DNA of 58,864 bases, filler included. It is 24 parts of 24 records of this genome, joined end to end, with 100 filler letters (N's around TTAATTAATTAA, not from the genome) between each part and the next. Parts side by side here need not be neighbours in the genome. Positions count along the whole stretch, not along the records: positions 47,031 to 49,301 come from SRR36015645_637332; positions 49,402 to 52,237 come from SRR36015645_731842; positions 52,338 to 54,462 come from SRR36015645_732707; positions 54,563 to 56,762 come from SRR36015645_810011; positions 56,863 to 58,864 come from SRR36015645_1123483; 19 more parts are not named here. One strand, given 5' to 3'. Shown here in pieces: positions 47,033 through 58,864 of this stretch. The notes under the pieces are model-generated. The model had not been told where the DNA came from. It saw only the letters and a list, made by a program, of their open reading frames with translations, and did no database searches. The position numbers were made by a program, and so were the translations under genes. Positions within the stretch are counted from its first letter, which is position 1. Each line of letters starts with the position of its first letter.

Positions 47033-48754
47033 TCTAACAACCATGCCTTATGGAAGTATTTTGGCTCAGAATTCCTGGGTCCTTGCAGTGCTGAGCATCT
47101 GAAATGCGGCCTGCAAAATGCAGTTTCGGATCTACCGGTGCACAAGAACATTCAGAATTCGATGGATGGTCCCAATGTGAATCTCAAAGTACTGAAGCTG
47201 CTTAAGCTGGACCGGTAAAAAGCAGATGCTCCAGCTTTGTTGGATCTTGGGTCATGCAGCCTGCACACCGTGCATGGCTCACTTCAACATGGCGCCAAGA
47301 AGAGTGAGTGGGATGTTAAGGGTTTGTTGTGGGCTACCTGGAAAGTATTTGACGACACTCCAGCACGGCGTGCCAGGTACACGGAAATAACTGGTTCCAG
47401 CACGTTCCCGCTGCAATTTTGCGTTCACCGTTGGGTTGAGAACAAGCCTGTCATTGAGCGTATCTTAGAGATTTGGCCGCATCTTCAGGTGTTTATTACA
47501 AGCTTCGATGGGGCGAAGAAGGCAGACATTCCAGCTACGCTGTCTTTTGGTACACTGAGAGAGGCAGTGAAGGGTGCCTTAGCTGTGCCTATGTTGAAGT
47601 TTGTCTTGTCTGTTGTGAGCATTCTCCATCCATTTCTAGTACGATTTCAAGCTGATAAGCCGATGGCACCGTTCCTTGGACAAGAAATAGGAAGTATTGT
47701 GATCACCTTGTGCCAACGCTTCATAAAGCCATCAGAGCTTGACAAGTGTGCGACTCTTTCCAAGCTTGTAAAGCTGGACTTTGCTGCCAAGGCATTGCAA
47801 GTGTCCATTACAGAAGTGGATATTGGATTCAGTGCTAAACAAGAGCTATCAGAAGCAAGAAAATCTAAAAAAGTCAGCGAGTTAGAAGTCATCAAGTTTA
47901 AACGGTCTGCCCTCAATTTCCTAGTTGGTGTTGTTCAGAAAATATGTGAGAAAAGTGCCATCGCATATCCTCTTGTAAGGGCTTTAACTAGTTTGGATCC
48001 ACGTTATATGACATCCAATGTGGATGCCTCTACCGAAAGCTTCACGAAGGTGCTAACTACTTTAAGGAGTGGAAGCTGGTTATCAGATGGCGATTGCGAC
48101 AAAGCCAAAGCACAGTATGGGAACTTTGTAACAAATCTGAAGGGAAGGCTCTCCGAGTATGATATAGATCAACATCGGCTGGATGAGTTTTATGCTGAGC
48201 ACTTGCGTTCGAACAACAAATTTGGTGAACTTTGGAAAGTAGTCCAACTATGCTTGATTTTATCTCATGGACAGGCAAGTATCGAGCGAGGTTTTAAAAC
48301 TAACAGCGACGTTCTCAAGGATAATCTGTCTGAGAATACATTAGTGGCTCTACGCGTGTGTCATGAAGCTATCCGTGAGCATGGTGGAGTGGCGACTGTA
48401 CCTGTGACGAAAGAAATGGTGCGAGCATGTCATTTAGCACGTGGCAGATACTCAGCTTTTCTTGATGCACAGGCCAAAACTAAGAAGCTGTCACAGGCAC
48501 AGAAAAGGCAGCGAGAGCTGAAAAGTGAAATTGATGTAAGAAAAAGAAAGAAGACAACCTTGGAGAACTCCATCAAGGACTTGATAAGCGAGGCTGATAC
48601 TCTGGCCTCCGAGGCACAGAAGGAACAGTGTTTTACCTCATTGGCAAAGTCCAATGCTTTGCGCAAGCAAAGCAAAAAAATGCTGGAAGAGTGTGAAGAA
48701 GTAAAAAAGGAAATGTTAAGTTTGGAAGGAGAACTGGCAATGAATATGTTGTAA
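47033..48754 (+). pseudogene. hAT-like transposase 3' part with an in-frame nonsense codon (TAA 47216-47218)
   Basis: SMDGPNVN (D) lies upstream of the stop. GSCSLHTVH (CxxH), FCVHRW and LSHGQASIERGF (E, hAT-dimerisation-like) follow in the same frame. Confidence 0.78.
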
Positions 48755-49401
48755 ATGAAGTACATATAATATTTTTGTTGCAACCGGTGACCATTTTGGT
48801 GGTTGAAATGTCAAGAGTAAGCATAACACACATCTCTGTTTAGTTTTAATTTTTTGTGATATTTCTCTTTGTAACACTGTTTATGTGCGTTAAAAAGGTA
48901 CCTACTTCACATTTTATGATAATTAGTTTAATTACAATTGCTATTCATTCATATTTTGATGTCAACACTCAGGAGCAAGACATAATTCGGTTTTGAAAAA
49001 TTGCGACACATAATTACGTATTCACTGCAATTTTTTTTGTTTACTGCCATCATCAAAAACCATTAAATCACACTTAGTTTTGTGCATTTAACAAAAATAG
49101 ACTCGTTTTATTGGATTTCAAGCTCTTCCCACCATTGTTTCAAAATATAATATGATATTTCAATTAGGTTTTGTTGTTTGCATCATAAGCGCCACCATTT
49201 TCTATTTTTGGACCAACACTATTGTTTATTTATGCAGACGTAATTATGACTTGTCTCCTGACTGGTCAATACATGTATATTGTTAATTCTAATAAAGCAA
49301 ANNNNNNNNNNNNNNNNNNNNNNNNNNNNNNNNNNNNNNNNNNNNTTAATTAATTAANNNNNNNNNNNNNNNNNNNNNNNNNNNNNNNNNNNNNNNNNNN
49401 N

Positions 49402-51951
49402 TAGATGTTCCAGAATCTTCATACTAGCACTGTAGTATTCTGGAACAGATATCGCGTCGAGAGTAAGCGTGTCGAAGCGATGCATCCGCCGCCGCAGCTG
49501 CCGTCGCTGCACGCTCGTCGCCAGTTCGGATTTCGAAGATGCACCACGTAAACTGAAGCGAGACCCAAAACGGCTATCAGCAAGCGAAAGTCTCGACGCA
49601 TTCCGACTGTCGCCAGTCGGTAACGAAAGTCTGGAAGTGGTCGAATAAGCATCGCGTTCCTCGCGCTCCGATGCCACAAAGTCGAGGATACACAGATATC
49701 GCTGACCCAGAGATTTATTGAACTTCGTATTGGCGTCAACAGTGTCGTCGAAATGAGCTACACGTTCTGTAGCAACTTCTAAAACAGACACAGCAGGTTC
49801 GGTATCGGTTAATGTCGAGGTGCTCTTACTCGAACCGTTCTTACTGATTGTGTCGTCGGACGTTGTCTGCGCATGATTGGTCGATTCCGAAAGCGCAGAG
49901 TCATCTTCTAAACTCAGCGACTTCGACTTTTGTGTCAAACGAATCTGCCCGAGTTTAATCGCCATCTGCGAAGTTAGCACTTCCGGTTTTGGTTTAGGAG
50001 GAAGAGGCGGTTTGCGAATGTCCGACACTTTGTTTGGCATGCGAGTTGGATGCTCCTTACTCTGATACGAGAGGTTCCGTTTCAGCGGTAGCGTCCTATC
50101 CTCAGAAAACGAGTTGGAGGTCTTATGCAAATTATTATCCGAACCACGCAACGCACTCACATTGTTTCCAATAAGCGGCGAAGAAAAGAGGGGCTCTTTC
50201 ACTAGTTCCTGGGTATCATTGCTCCCAGATTGTGCCAAAACACGTTGAAATCGAATTCGTTTATCCTTTTGCAGCTCTATCACGAGGTTGTGAGCTGCTC
50301 CACCGTCATTCACATACGGCTGTATCCGTTTATCCATAACCATGTCAACAGTTTCGGCACTACTATCCTTATCGTCAGGCACATTGCCATTGCGTTTAAC
50401 CTTGTCTTTTAACATATTTACTAGTGTTAGCGCACTGGCCTTTGGCACTTGCTTATTTGCAACAGCAAGGGCCATGCTGTGCTGTTGTATCGCGCCGATA
50501 TTGCTACGGTTCGAGTGCCTTGGCTTATGGCGTCTCGGCGGCCCAGGCTTACTATTTACGTCTTGCAGAATAGACTCACCTATCCCGTCATTGTGCGTGT
50601 CGGTATCCGAGTGCTTTATTCCATTTATGTCATTAGCGCCACTAACAACAGTGCCTGACGCACCGACGTACAGATTAGGCTTTTTAGGGCAACACGCCAT
50701 ATTAGCATTCGGCTGCTGCAGCAGTGACGGTGAATAATTATTACTAGCACCATTGATCGTCGGCTGCGGCAACGGCGGTGGGTCCATGGTTATTTCCGAG
50801 CCAACCGAAACAGTTGGAGCACGCTGCTTAACACTCATTGTGCTGCTTGGCCCGGCTTCACGTATAGCACCTGTGTGTTGTTGTGTACCTGGCGGCAACA
50901 CTGGCGCGTCAATAAAATGATCGACTGCCTTCGGTAATGGAGGAGACATGTCATTAACATGCGAGGGTGACGTCACGGGAGGCGGCGCTGCTGGCTGGGA
51001 GTCATTTTTAATGCTCGTTCCATGATTAGCCTCGCCGTCGGTGGCCGTCGATAGTTTTTTGTCAATAGGCCCAGGGTGCTGGATAGTGCCAGTCACCGGG
51101 CAGGCACTCGGAATGTAGCAATTACCACTGCTGGAGTTTTTATCCCCAAGAACACTCGAATAGCTTGGTAACATATTTCCCAGAACGCCAGACGCATGAG
51201 GAGTATTTATTCCCGTTTCCTGTCTCATTTCGTGAAGGCCGCCTCTTTTTCCCAGCCTGTTTTCGTGCACGACCACTACTAGCTGGTTATCGGGCTTAGA
51301 CGTGGCAGGCAGCCGTTTGTCAAATCGACCAGGTTCTGGTGTATTCTCAGAGGTATTAGCGGAGGACACTGTAGCGGGATTTTCCTTCAGACATTTGTCT
51401 TTGAGCAGCTTACCGATGTGGTTGCATTCCATCTCACTGGCGCTACGCAACAACACGGGAACGTCTTTCACAGAATTACGATTCTCTTTTGCATATCTCG
51501 CTGCATCCCTTTTTGCGCGTTTTCTCTCCTCAATGGACGCATGTCCATGATGATGCGATTTCTTCTTGGCTCTAGGCAGTGAGTTCGACTGATGCGTATG
51601 AGTGCACGCATCACGAAGGTGAAAGTCCCCATCCCTGTAGCACACCGTGTTGTTAATTCCATGGATCAAACAGTCCGTGATGGCCTTCCAGAGACGGAGC
51701 TTATCGGCAAGCGGGATCGGAAACTGATCGATATCTGGTTTACTCAGGAGCAAGAGACTTTCTTTGGTAGAAAAGTTCTCACGCTCCAAAAGACGCACAG
51801 TGTTCTTAGACAGTCCCATCGTGTGGAGCCAACCTTTGCTGCCGGACGGAAGAATGGCCAGATGCGCCGGACTTGTGCACGTAGTATGGTCGCTGCTCTT
51901 TGCTTGTTCTGCACGACGGCCGGGTACCAGGCGCTTAAGCATCGTAGGCAA
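49402..51951 (-). CDS. Large host exon: N-terminal SAM-like domain, long disordered region, 3'-truncated; product unknown
   Basis: About 850 codons open. WLHTMGLSKNTVRLLERENF..LLLLSKPDIDQFPIPLADKLRLWKAI fits a SAM pattern. Candidate acceptor TTTTTTCAG near 52189. No TE motifs seen. Confidence 0.6.
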
Positions 51952-52337
51952 TAGGGCACAACATGTCTTCTACGTTCCGGAACAAACAAAGTGATAGTGG
52001 TTTTTCAATGTCAATGTCAAACAAAGTCGCTTTTCCTTGGTAAAAGTAGTCCAGCATAAAGCGTAATATTGACATAGCGTATAACAGTATCGAAGAACAA
52101 TTTGTAAGTATCGCTGTCCATGCTTTGAGGTACTGTATCTGATCAAAACAGCTTCGCAATTACACCTAGCACTTTCACATATTTCACTCTGAAAAAAATA
52201 AACTGATAAAATCTCACATATTTTCAATGTGACATAANNNNNNNNNNNNNNNNNNNNNNNNNNNNNNNNNNNNNNNNNNNNTTAATTAATTAANNNNNNN
52301 NNNNNNNNNNNNNNNNNNNNNNNNNNNNNNNNNNNNN

Positions 52338-54462
52338 ATTCTTGATTGTGCTGCATTCTTGCTACGTGGTTCACTAGTAAATAGTATGAACATTGTTGAA
52401 AACCAGTATCGTAATGATCAATTACTACACAATCTATGTGCGAGTGCATACATACATTCTTTAGACGATACCGCTGTGAATTTTTTCAAAACTGTTCTGC
52501 TTTTACAAAATACTGAAATACCAAACCAGAAAATGTATGGTCTTGCCAAAACAATGGAAAATATTTTCTTTTTATTGGACTCTAAGTTTGTTGGACCTGT
52601 CAGCTTCAGGGAAGCTTTAGTCAATTACCTAATAAGTGGTAGTAAAACTGCTTTGCGCATCATTTCAGCATCTACTGCATGTGGCAGCTGGTGGAGTATA
52701 CCAAAGTGGATAGAAGATCATGCAACTAAAGTTGAATTTTCCAATAATGACATTATAGTTGTCATCGATAACAATCAAATTGTCGGTAAAACTTACCATC
52801 TCCATCACCAGCGCAGTGGTCTGCCACTATCTGTCGTCTGCTCTGTGATATCATATACTGTATCACCCAGAATCACAGTGCAGGCAGAACAGTTATCAGA
52901 GATTGATCTTTCCGGCTCTACCGGTACCGGTACTGTGGATGTCATGATAAATGACTATGTTAATCACTGTAGTCAGTTCTTTCGCAGTGCAAGAAATAAA
53001 TTTATTGAAGAGACAATAAAGATTGTCGAAAGTGAACTTGGTACATCTAACGACAATCGAGACCAAGTAGATGAATGGATTGCGGGGAATGAGCCCGCAT
53101 TTGACACTAGCCTAAAAGAAGAACATTATAGCTTAGTCACAGGTGAAGCACACAAAATAAAGCCTGCAGTTCATGATCCATATGATGTAAATCCATCCTC
53201 TTATCAGGCATGTTTTGATATTGTGGAAGACTTGCATGACAAGCTGATAACAAATGACCCTGCACGCAAATGGTTTGAGTTAGTAGTGGACGGCCGCCCG
53301 TATGTTTTGTTGCTGGATGCAATCGAAAACCATCCTGATTGGAAGGAATGGCTTGTGCTAAAACCAGGATGGGGTCATTTCCATCACACGATGATTAAAT
53401 CGGCATTTAAACTTACCTGGCCACTGTTCTGTAAGAAGTTTGCTACTGTGATGAACTTTACATCAGACAAAGCTCTTTTATATTTCATGAAGGCCAGTGA
53501 TCATCACAAGTCGGATGAAAGCATAGACGTCATGTTAGATGGCAATGCTCGTGAAATTGTGAGACTCTACATAATTTCATGCCGAGAGCAGAATATCCCG
53601 CCCAGTGTTGAGAACTTTGGCACGTGGGTACAAAATGTGGACAATCCAACACTGTCTCTGTATATCGACATTACATTCACATTGTTTTTGGGTATTCGGC
53701 TGTTTAAACAATCTGTCCGGCATAACAATTCTCTCGGAATTGATTCCGCGAGACTTAAGGTTGTTCCAATGTTCTATGTTATGAACAACTACCACTACCA
53801 ACGTATTGAGGCACACTATATCTCTCAGTGTTTGAAACTGTCAGATACCGGTAACATTAAGGAATTTCTTAGTGGTTTTGAGTCATTTGCCACAAATATA
53901 TCATATAGAGGGGAAGGGGCAGACTACGGCATAGAGAATGTTCACAAATTGCTAAAGGCCTTGATCACAAGTGGTGTTCCCCTATTTAGCAAGTGGGTTA
54001 GAGTGTATCGTGCACTAACCACACTGGATAAAGTTAAGGATTCCTTATATCAGGATATCCACATCTCAATGACCCCTGCCTCAGAGAAAATCACGCATCA
54101 TAGCCTAGACCCTGAAGTGCAAACATGGAGAAAAGTTTTGCGCGAGGCAAAGTGTCTGTCTAGAGAGAGTGATGTCGTGTTCGGACTCAGTGGCGAACGA
54201 ATAAGCGAGGATTTCAAACAGTGCGTTGCCATTGGCCATGAACGATTCATGGACAGCCTTCATAAAGAGATGAAGGGTCTGACCAAAGATAAGTTTAAAC
54301 AAATTGCTCTTACTGTACAAGATGAACTTCAGCAATCCAACATTGATAGCTGGTCAAAGGCTGAGATAAAGGTTCATGCCATGGCAATCATACGTGACAT
54401 GAGTGGCAGCATGCGAAAAAAAATTGACATGCTTTTAATGAAAGCAACCACTAAAAAGTTGC
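52338..54462 (+). mobile_element. Putative Academ-like (DUF6589-like) DDE transposase, both ends truncated
   Basis: Ordered motifs VIDNNQ, VNPSS, VVDGRPY, PGWGHF, NNYHYQ and GADYGIENVHK parallel the Academ series DN.D / DQ / GxxH / NY / DxxxE. Confidence 0.55.
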
Positions 54463-54562
54463 NNNNNNNNNNNNNNNNNNNNNNNNNNNNNNNNNNNNNN
54501 NNNNNNTTAATTAATTAANNNNNNNNNNNNNNNNNNNNNNNNNNNNNNNNNNNNNNNNNNNN

Positions 54563-55630
54563 GTTTGAGTATTCTCATCAGCAGATTGCACCACTGTTTG
54601 TGTGTCGCAATCGGCTAACTGGAACTCAGTTTGTGTGTCATTTGTTATCATCGGGATAACTGGTTCAGTGTCCATTCGCTCTTCTTCATTGTCCGTTTGG
54701 GCTTCATTGTCACGGAGCCTATTCCATCGTTCCTGTAGGATAGATAGTGGAAGGTCTTCTTCCGGTTCAGCTTCTGGATCTGGTATCGGAGCTGACTCCG
54801 AAGGCAAGCGTAATGGATCTCCTTCATCTTCAGAGCTAGAGTCACTAGTCGGGGCTTCATTCGGAGGAGCGTAGGCTAACCTGGCATTCCTTTGTGGTCG
54901 GCGTGGTTCTTCTGGTACATCTCCTTCTATGTCCCATTGCTGAGCAGGGCTCAAACGTTAGTGGCTCGCATGCACTTGATGTTCTTTGTCGGAATAATAA
55001 AGGTTACTGGACCTTTTCGTCCAACGATGCGATAGTAAGGTCACCAAGGGCGTTCAAACTTTTTCGCACTGGTTGTGTGCAGATTTAGCCAATACAGAGG
55101 ATCTACGATCCTGAGTTCTTGATGTCTGAGCTTTACATCGTGGTATGCCTTGTTCTCTCTCTCGGACCTGGGACTACGCCTTATGGAGTCGTTCGGTCGT
55201 GGTGGCCACGGGGTCATCAACATAGGTCTTCCGTCGGAGCTTTAACAGTGTCCATTGGTAGGACGGGATCTCTACCATAGACAAGGAAGAACGGTGTGAA
55301 GTTAGATGCTTGCTTCACACTTGTCCGAAGGGCGGACAACACCGGATTGATATTATCGTCCCAATCCCGTTGGTTCTTGTCTACCACACATGATAACATG
55401 TTTCCCAAGGTACGATAAAAACGATGTAGTTTTCCTGTGGTCTTCTTGGCGACACATGTTGTCATCACAACCTCACGGACATCCACCACTCGACCTCCGA
55501 CATCACCTGTGTCAAAGTCTCGGACACTTGAATTTTCTCGTACCCGTTGGCTACAGGACCACGTGCCGCAAAAGGCCACTAGTTTACCAATTTCGCGACG
55601 GTACCCATCCGATACACGATGTGACACAGC
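54563..55630 (-). pseudogene. Degenerate Ty3/Gypsy integrase core end and acidic C-terminal tail (multiple frameshifts)
   Basis: RFYRTLGNML..QRDWD..LSALRTS..FTPFFLVYGRDPVLPMD; the downstream part is broken across frames. Confidence 0.8.
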
Positions 55631-55743
55631 GAATGGCTGAAGACTTCGGACGGTATGTCAGAGACCTTGTTGACACGGAATATCAAAGCCGATATGGAGC
55701 CGGAAAGTAACATCACACTTACGCTCTCCCACATGTTTTGGAC

Positions 55744-56065
55744 TCGCACGAATAAGGATAGGAGAACAAAAGTACATTTCGTTCTCCCTCCCTACAGACT
55801 TGCCAATTGATCGCACGAATAAGGATAGGAGAACAAACATAGATTTTGTTCCCCCTCTCTGCGCACTTCAACATGAATCACACGAATAAGGATAGGAGAA
55901 CAAAACTACATTTCGTTCTCCCTCCCTGCAGAATTGCAAATTGATCGCACGAATAATGATAGAACAAACATAGGTTTTGTTCTCCCTCTCTGCACACTTC
56001 TAAATGGATCGATTAATCAACGCAAACAAGGATAGGAGAATAGAATTGCAATTCATTCGCCCTCT
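55744..56065. repeat. Tandem 67-bp repeat with A/B alternation (about 4.5 units), each with an internal hairpin
   Basis: Units start at 55744, 55811, 55878 and 55945, plus a partial unit near 56020. Shared head TCGCACGAATAAGGATAGGAGAACAAA; stem GGAGAAC..GTTCTCC. Confidence 0.92.
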
Positions 56066-56240
56066 ATAATATTTTTGGAATAATGCTGCGCCTCACGTTT
56101 GCACACTAAAATTGTCTTTCATTCTCCAAACACCATGATTTTTAAATGACAACGTACCTTTCAGTCTACATTGTTATATATGTAACTTACCCCTATCTTG
56201 GGTACCAGGACGGGTCATGTTCACCTACAGAGCATCTAGC

Positions 56241-56762
56241 TTACTGTTTTCCAGCGTAGTAAGTAGCTGGTGCATTAAACACGTTAAGGTTTTGAATCAC
56301 GACATTTTGTGGCATTCCACTAAGTAGCTGAGCAAGATTCACGTTGCTATTCACACTGTTGGTTGAAATCACTTGGCTGCTTGCTACACCATGTACACTC
56401 TCTGCTGCCGCTTCTGTAGTTGCCAGGACCAAGTCGTAGACCTGCGTTGCAGCAACTTCCGAATGCGACGCTTTCGCATTGGTCCGCGTAGGTTCCACAG
56501 TTTCGTGCTTTTCCACCGCCACTTCTTTAACATGTTTAGTTACAGGAACTAAATCATAGACCTGGGGTGCAGGAACTTCCACATTTGCCGCTTTCTCACA
56601 GGCCTGTGCACATTGCGCCGGGGTGTCGCACCTCACTCGTTTTGGCTTTGATAGTATCTTAGCCATTTGGCGTTGCTTGTGCATGTCAGCAACGACGTAG
56701 GAGTTTAAGCTTGCGACATCCTTGGCTACCACGAAGTTCAGAAACGGTGCTATTGTTATAAT
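56241..56762 (-). pseudogene. Probable C-terminus of a Crypton-type tyrosine recombinase (degenerate)
   Basis: KDVASLNSY...KQRQMAKILS resembles the GHK.xxSLxxY...QQRxMSxIL end of animal Crypton (DUF3504-like) YRs. It is followed by a low-complexity tail ending in an N-rich strand (IQNLNVFN). The GH motif appears frameshifted. Confidence 0.55.
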
Positions 56763-56927
56763 NNNNNNNNNNNNNNNNNNNNNNNNNNNNNNNNNNNNNN
56801 NNNNNNTTAATTAATTAANNNNNNNNNNNNNNNNNNNNNNNNNNNNNNNNNNNNNNNNNNNNTCTGTCGCTGAGGCATCATTGACAAATCTGAACCATGG
56901 CCATGACATCAGTCATTAAAGATGCTG

Positions 56928-58864
56928 TCATTCTTTAGTGCCCTTCTTGTTGTAATTTGCCAGTCGCCTTAGTGTTAATGGAGGTTTTTCCCTGACTGGG
57001 GTGTCGAGTGCGGTTGGACCTATGGCAGCCTGCGGGGATGCCCAGGTGAGCACCGGGGGCATATCTTGGTTATGTTGCAGTTGCGGGCTAGGAGTAGTCG
57101 ATGAGTTAACTATGCTAGCAGGGGTCGCTGGCTGGTTATTACATTCAGGTGGTGGTGGTGGTGGTGGTGGTGTTGGCAGTGACGGTGGTAGTTGTGTGCG
57201 AGCTGGTTCTGTTGGTGGGGTGGCTGTGCCATTTGGCCTAGTGAGGTATTGCAGATCATCATTGATTGTGCGTCTAGGACGCTGCTGTTGTACTGGGATG
57301 TATTTCCGCAAGAATTTGCGATTGCGGAGTGTGACCCTACCCGAGCCGTCAACACGCACTACGTATTGATCGAACTGTCGGACTTCAATGACAACGCCCG
57401 TCTTGTCCCACTTGGTTGGGTGTGGGCCTGTTTGATTCTGAATGCGTACGTGGTCGCGAACAGCCAGTGGTGGTAGTTTCTTGGTGTGCTCTGACCATCT
57501 CTCAGCTGCCCTCATGTGCCTATTCCTAAGGGCTTCTTCCCTGGCAGCTAGTGTGTCACTCCACGTGGGGTGGGGTTTATAATGGCCGGGCAGGATGGGT
57601 ATAAAATCCTTGATTGGCCTGCCAAAGACACATTGGGCGGGTGACAGCTTTGTGTTAGGGTCGGGGGTGTTGCGGTACTGCAGCATGGCACGCTGAAAAG
57701 CGTCAGTGTCCAGCTCACCATGTGGTCCAGTGTTGTCGGTGATAAGTCGTTTGACCGTCTTAACACCAATTTCTGCTCTACAATTTGAATGTGGGAATGC
57801 CACTGACGACAGTCGGTGGTGTACGCCCCAATCCTCTAAAAATTTGCGAGTAGCTGATGCGGTGAACTCAGGGCCACCATCTGTTGCACACTCATCAGGG
57901 ATTCCGTAGCCCACAAATGTGCGGCGCAAGTTGTTGATGAGGCCCTTTGCACCATCATGTGCCCGCTCAACGATTGGCCAGTTTGAGTAACGGTCCACTA
58001 TGATCAAGTAATTTTTTCCAGCGTACTTAAAGAAATCTGCACATAAATACTGGAAGGGGTAATCTGGTGATACTAATGGTGTGGGTGGGGCGCTGGGTTG
58101 TGAGGGTGCCATGCGGTTACATTGGTTACAGTTAGCACGTAGTGCCTTGATCGCTGGAGTTAAACCCGGCCAGAACACACTTGTTTCTGCTCTCGCTGTC
58201 ATGGAAGTCACACCCTGGTGTGCAGAATGTAGGGTGGCTAAGATGTCTGGTCTGAGAGATGGCGGTATCACAACGCGGTCTTTGTATAGGATGATGCCAT
58301 CTATGGTGTAGAGTTGGTCACGGAACTGATGGTACTCTTGAAGGGGGAGTGGGAGCTCATGCCGGAAAGTGGGGAAGCCAGATTCGATGATAGAGCTCAG
58401 ACTGACCATATCATCATCACTTGTAGTAGCCAGTTTTACCCTTTCCCACGTGATTGCCACTGTGTTCAACGCCGAGATAGTCGAGGATGAAAGCTGATCA
58501 TCAATGGTATGAGAAAATGATGTTGATGATACCTCTCTGCAGCGGATACCAGCAAGGAAGGAGCATTTGAAGAGTGTGAGATGGGCTCGCTCTGTGTCGC
58601 TGATAGTTGCCACATCATCGCATAGGGGAAGCAATTCTGGGTTTGTGGGTCCGGTTGGGTGGCGGGAAATAGCATCGGCAGCTTTATTTTTCACGCCAGG
58701 TATATGAACCATCCTGAATTTGTACCGCAGGGTCTTCTCCTTTAAGTTCCGAAGCCTTGAATTGGATATTTCGTCGAGGGACCGGTCACCAAGCACCTTT
58801 AGCAGGGGTTTATGGTCTACAGCCACTATAAGGTCACTGCAACCAAGGACAAAGAACCTTGCCT
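56928..58864 (-). mobile_element. Ty3/Gypsy (Mag-like) pol 3' part: RNase H end, integrase, Pro-rich tail
   Basis: [48 protein letters not shown]. Confidence 0.93.
57148..57171. repeat. (GGT)8 microsatellite encoding poly-Pro in the integrase tail
   Basis: Eight perfect GGT units; PPPPPPPP on the minus strand. Confidence 0.95.

Larger units (their letters stand above)
2028..56862. other. 23 artificial 100-bp contig spacers (44N-TTAATTAATTAA-44N) scattered over this range, starting at 2028, 4145, 6573, 9182, 11882, 14094, 16308, 18461, 21439, 23723, 25864, 28122, 31688, 34440, 36627, 39457, 41722, 44276, 46931, 49302, 52238, 54463, 56763
   Basis: Identical length and sequence each time. TTAATTAATTAA puts stops in all six frames. 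Content on the two sides of each spacer is unrelated. Confidence 0.99.

Noticed and set aside
55744-56065. CRISPR array (hairpin repeats, 67-bp period)
   Set aside because: The variable parts are homologous between alternate units (A/B), so it is a tandem repeat rather than unique spacers.
57110-57355. Poly-His protein (and poly-Gly ORF 57001-57369)
   Set aside because: These are alternative frames of the (GGT)8 poly-Pro tract in the integrase tail.

Overview
This window is not one locus. It is 24 short contigs (about 2-3.5 kb each) joined by 23 identical artificial 100-bp spacers (44 N + TTAATTAATTAA + 44 N), so adjacency across spacers has no biological meaning. The content is animal genomic DNA, probably a marine invertebrate (inferred from the TE spectrum), and is dominated by transposable elements. 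LTR retrotransposons: four Copia (GalEa-like) fragments, two BEL/Pao and four Ty3/Gypsy. Other retroelements: one DIRS/PAT-type tyrosine-recombinase element and five LINE fragments. DNA transposons: a Helitron/Helentron Rep-helicase, a THAP-ISL2EU/Harbinger, an hATm-like and a dead hAT-like transposase, an Academ-like DDE ORF, a probable Crypton remnant and a piggyBac-type MITE end. Three apparent host genes are present: an intronless DXO/Dom3Z, a TRIM RING-B-box-coiled-coil gene and a SAM-containing large exon. The most notable observations are: (1) a LINE whose ORF1 and ATG-less ORF2 share a frame, separated by one UAG and followed by a ~134-nt sense-strand hairpin (candidate stop-codon readthrough); (2) two contigs overlapping by exactly 30 bp that rebuild an intact 1428-aa Copia polyprotein; (3) a DIRS/PAT recombinase that appears to need splicing, next to a short hairpin-repeat array; (4) repeated TQT (LC8-type) motifs in a Gypsy tail and in the TRIM tail. 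All family calls come from motif recognition by eye; no database searches were run.
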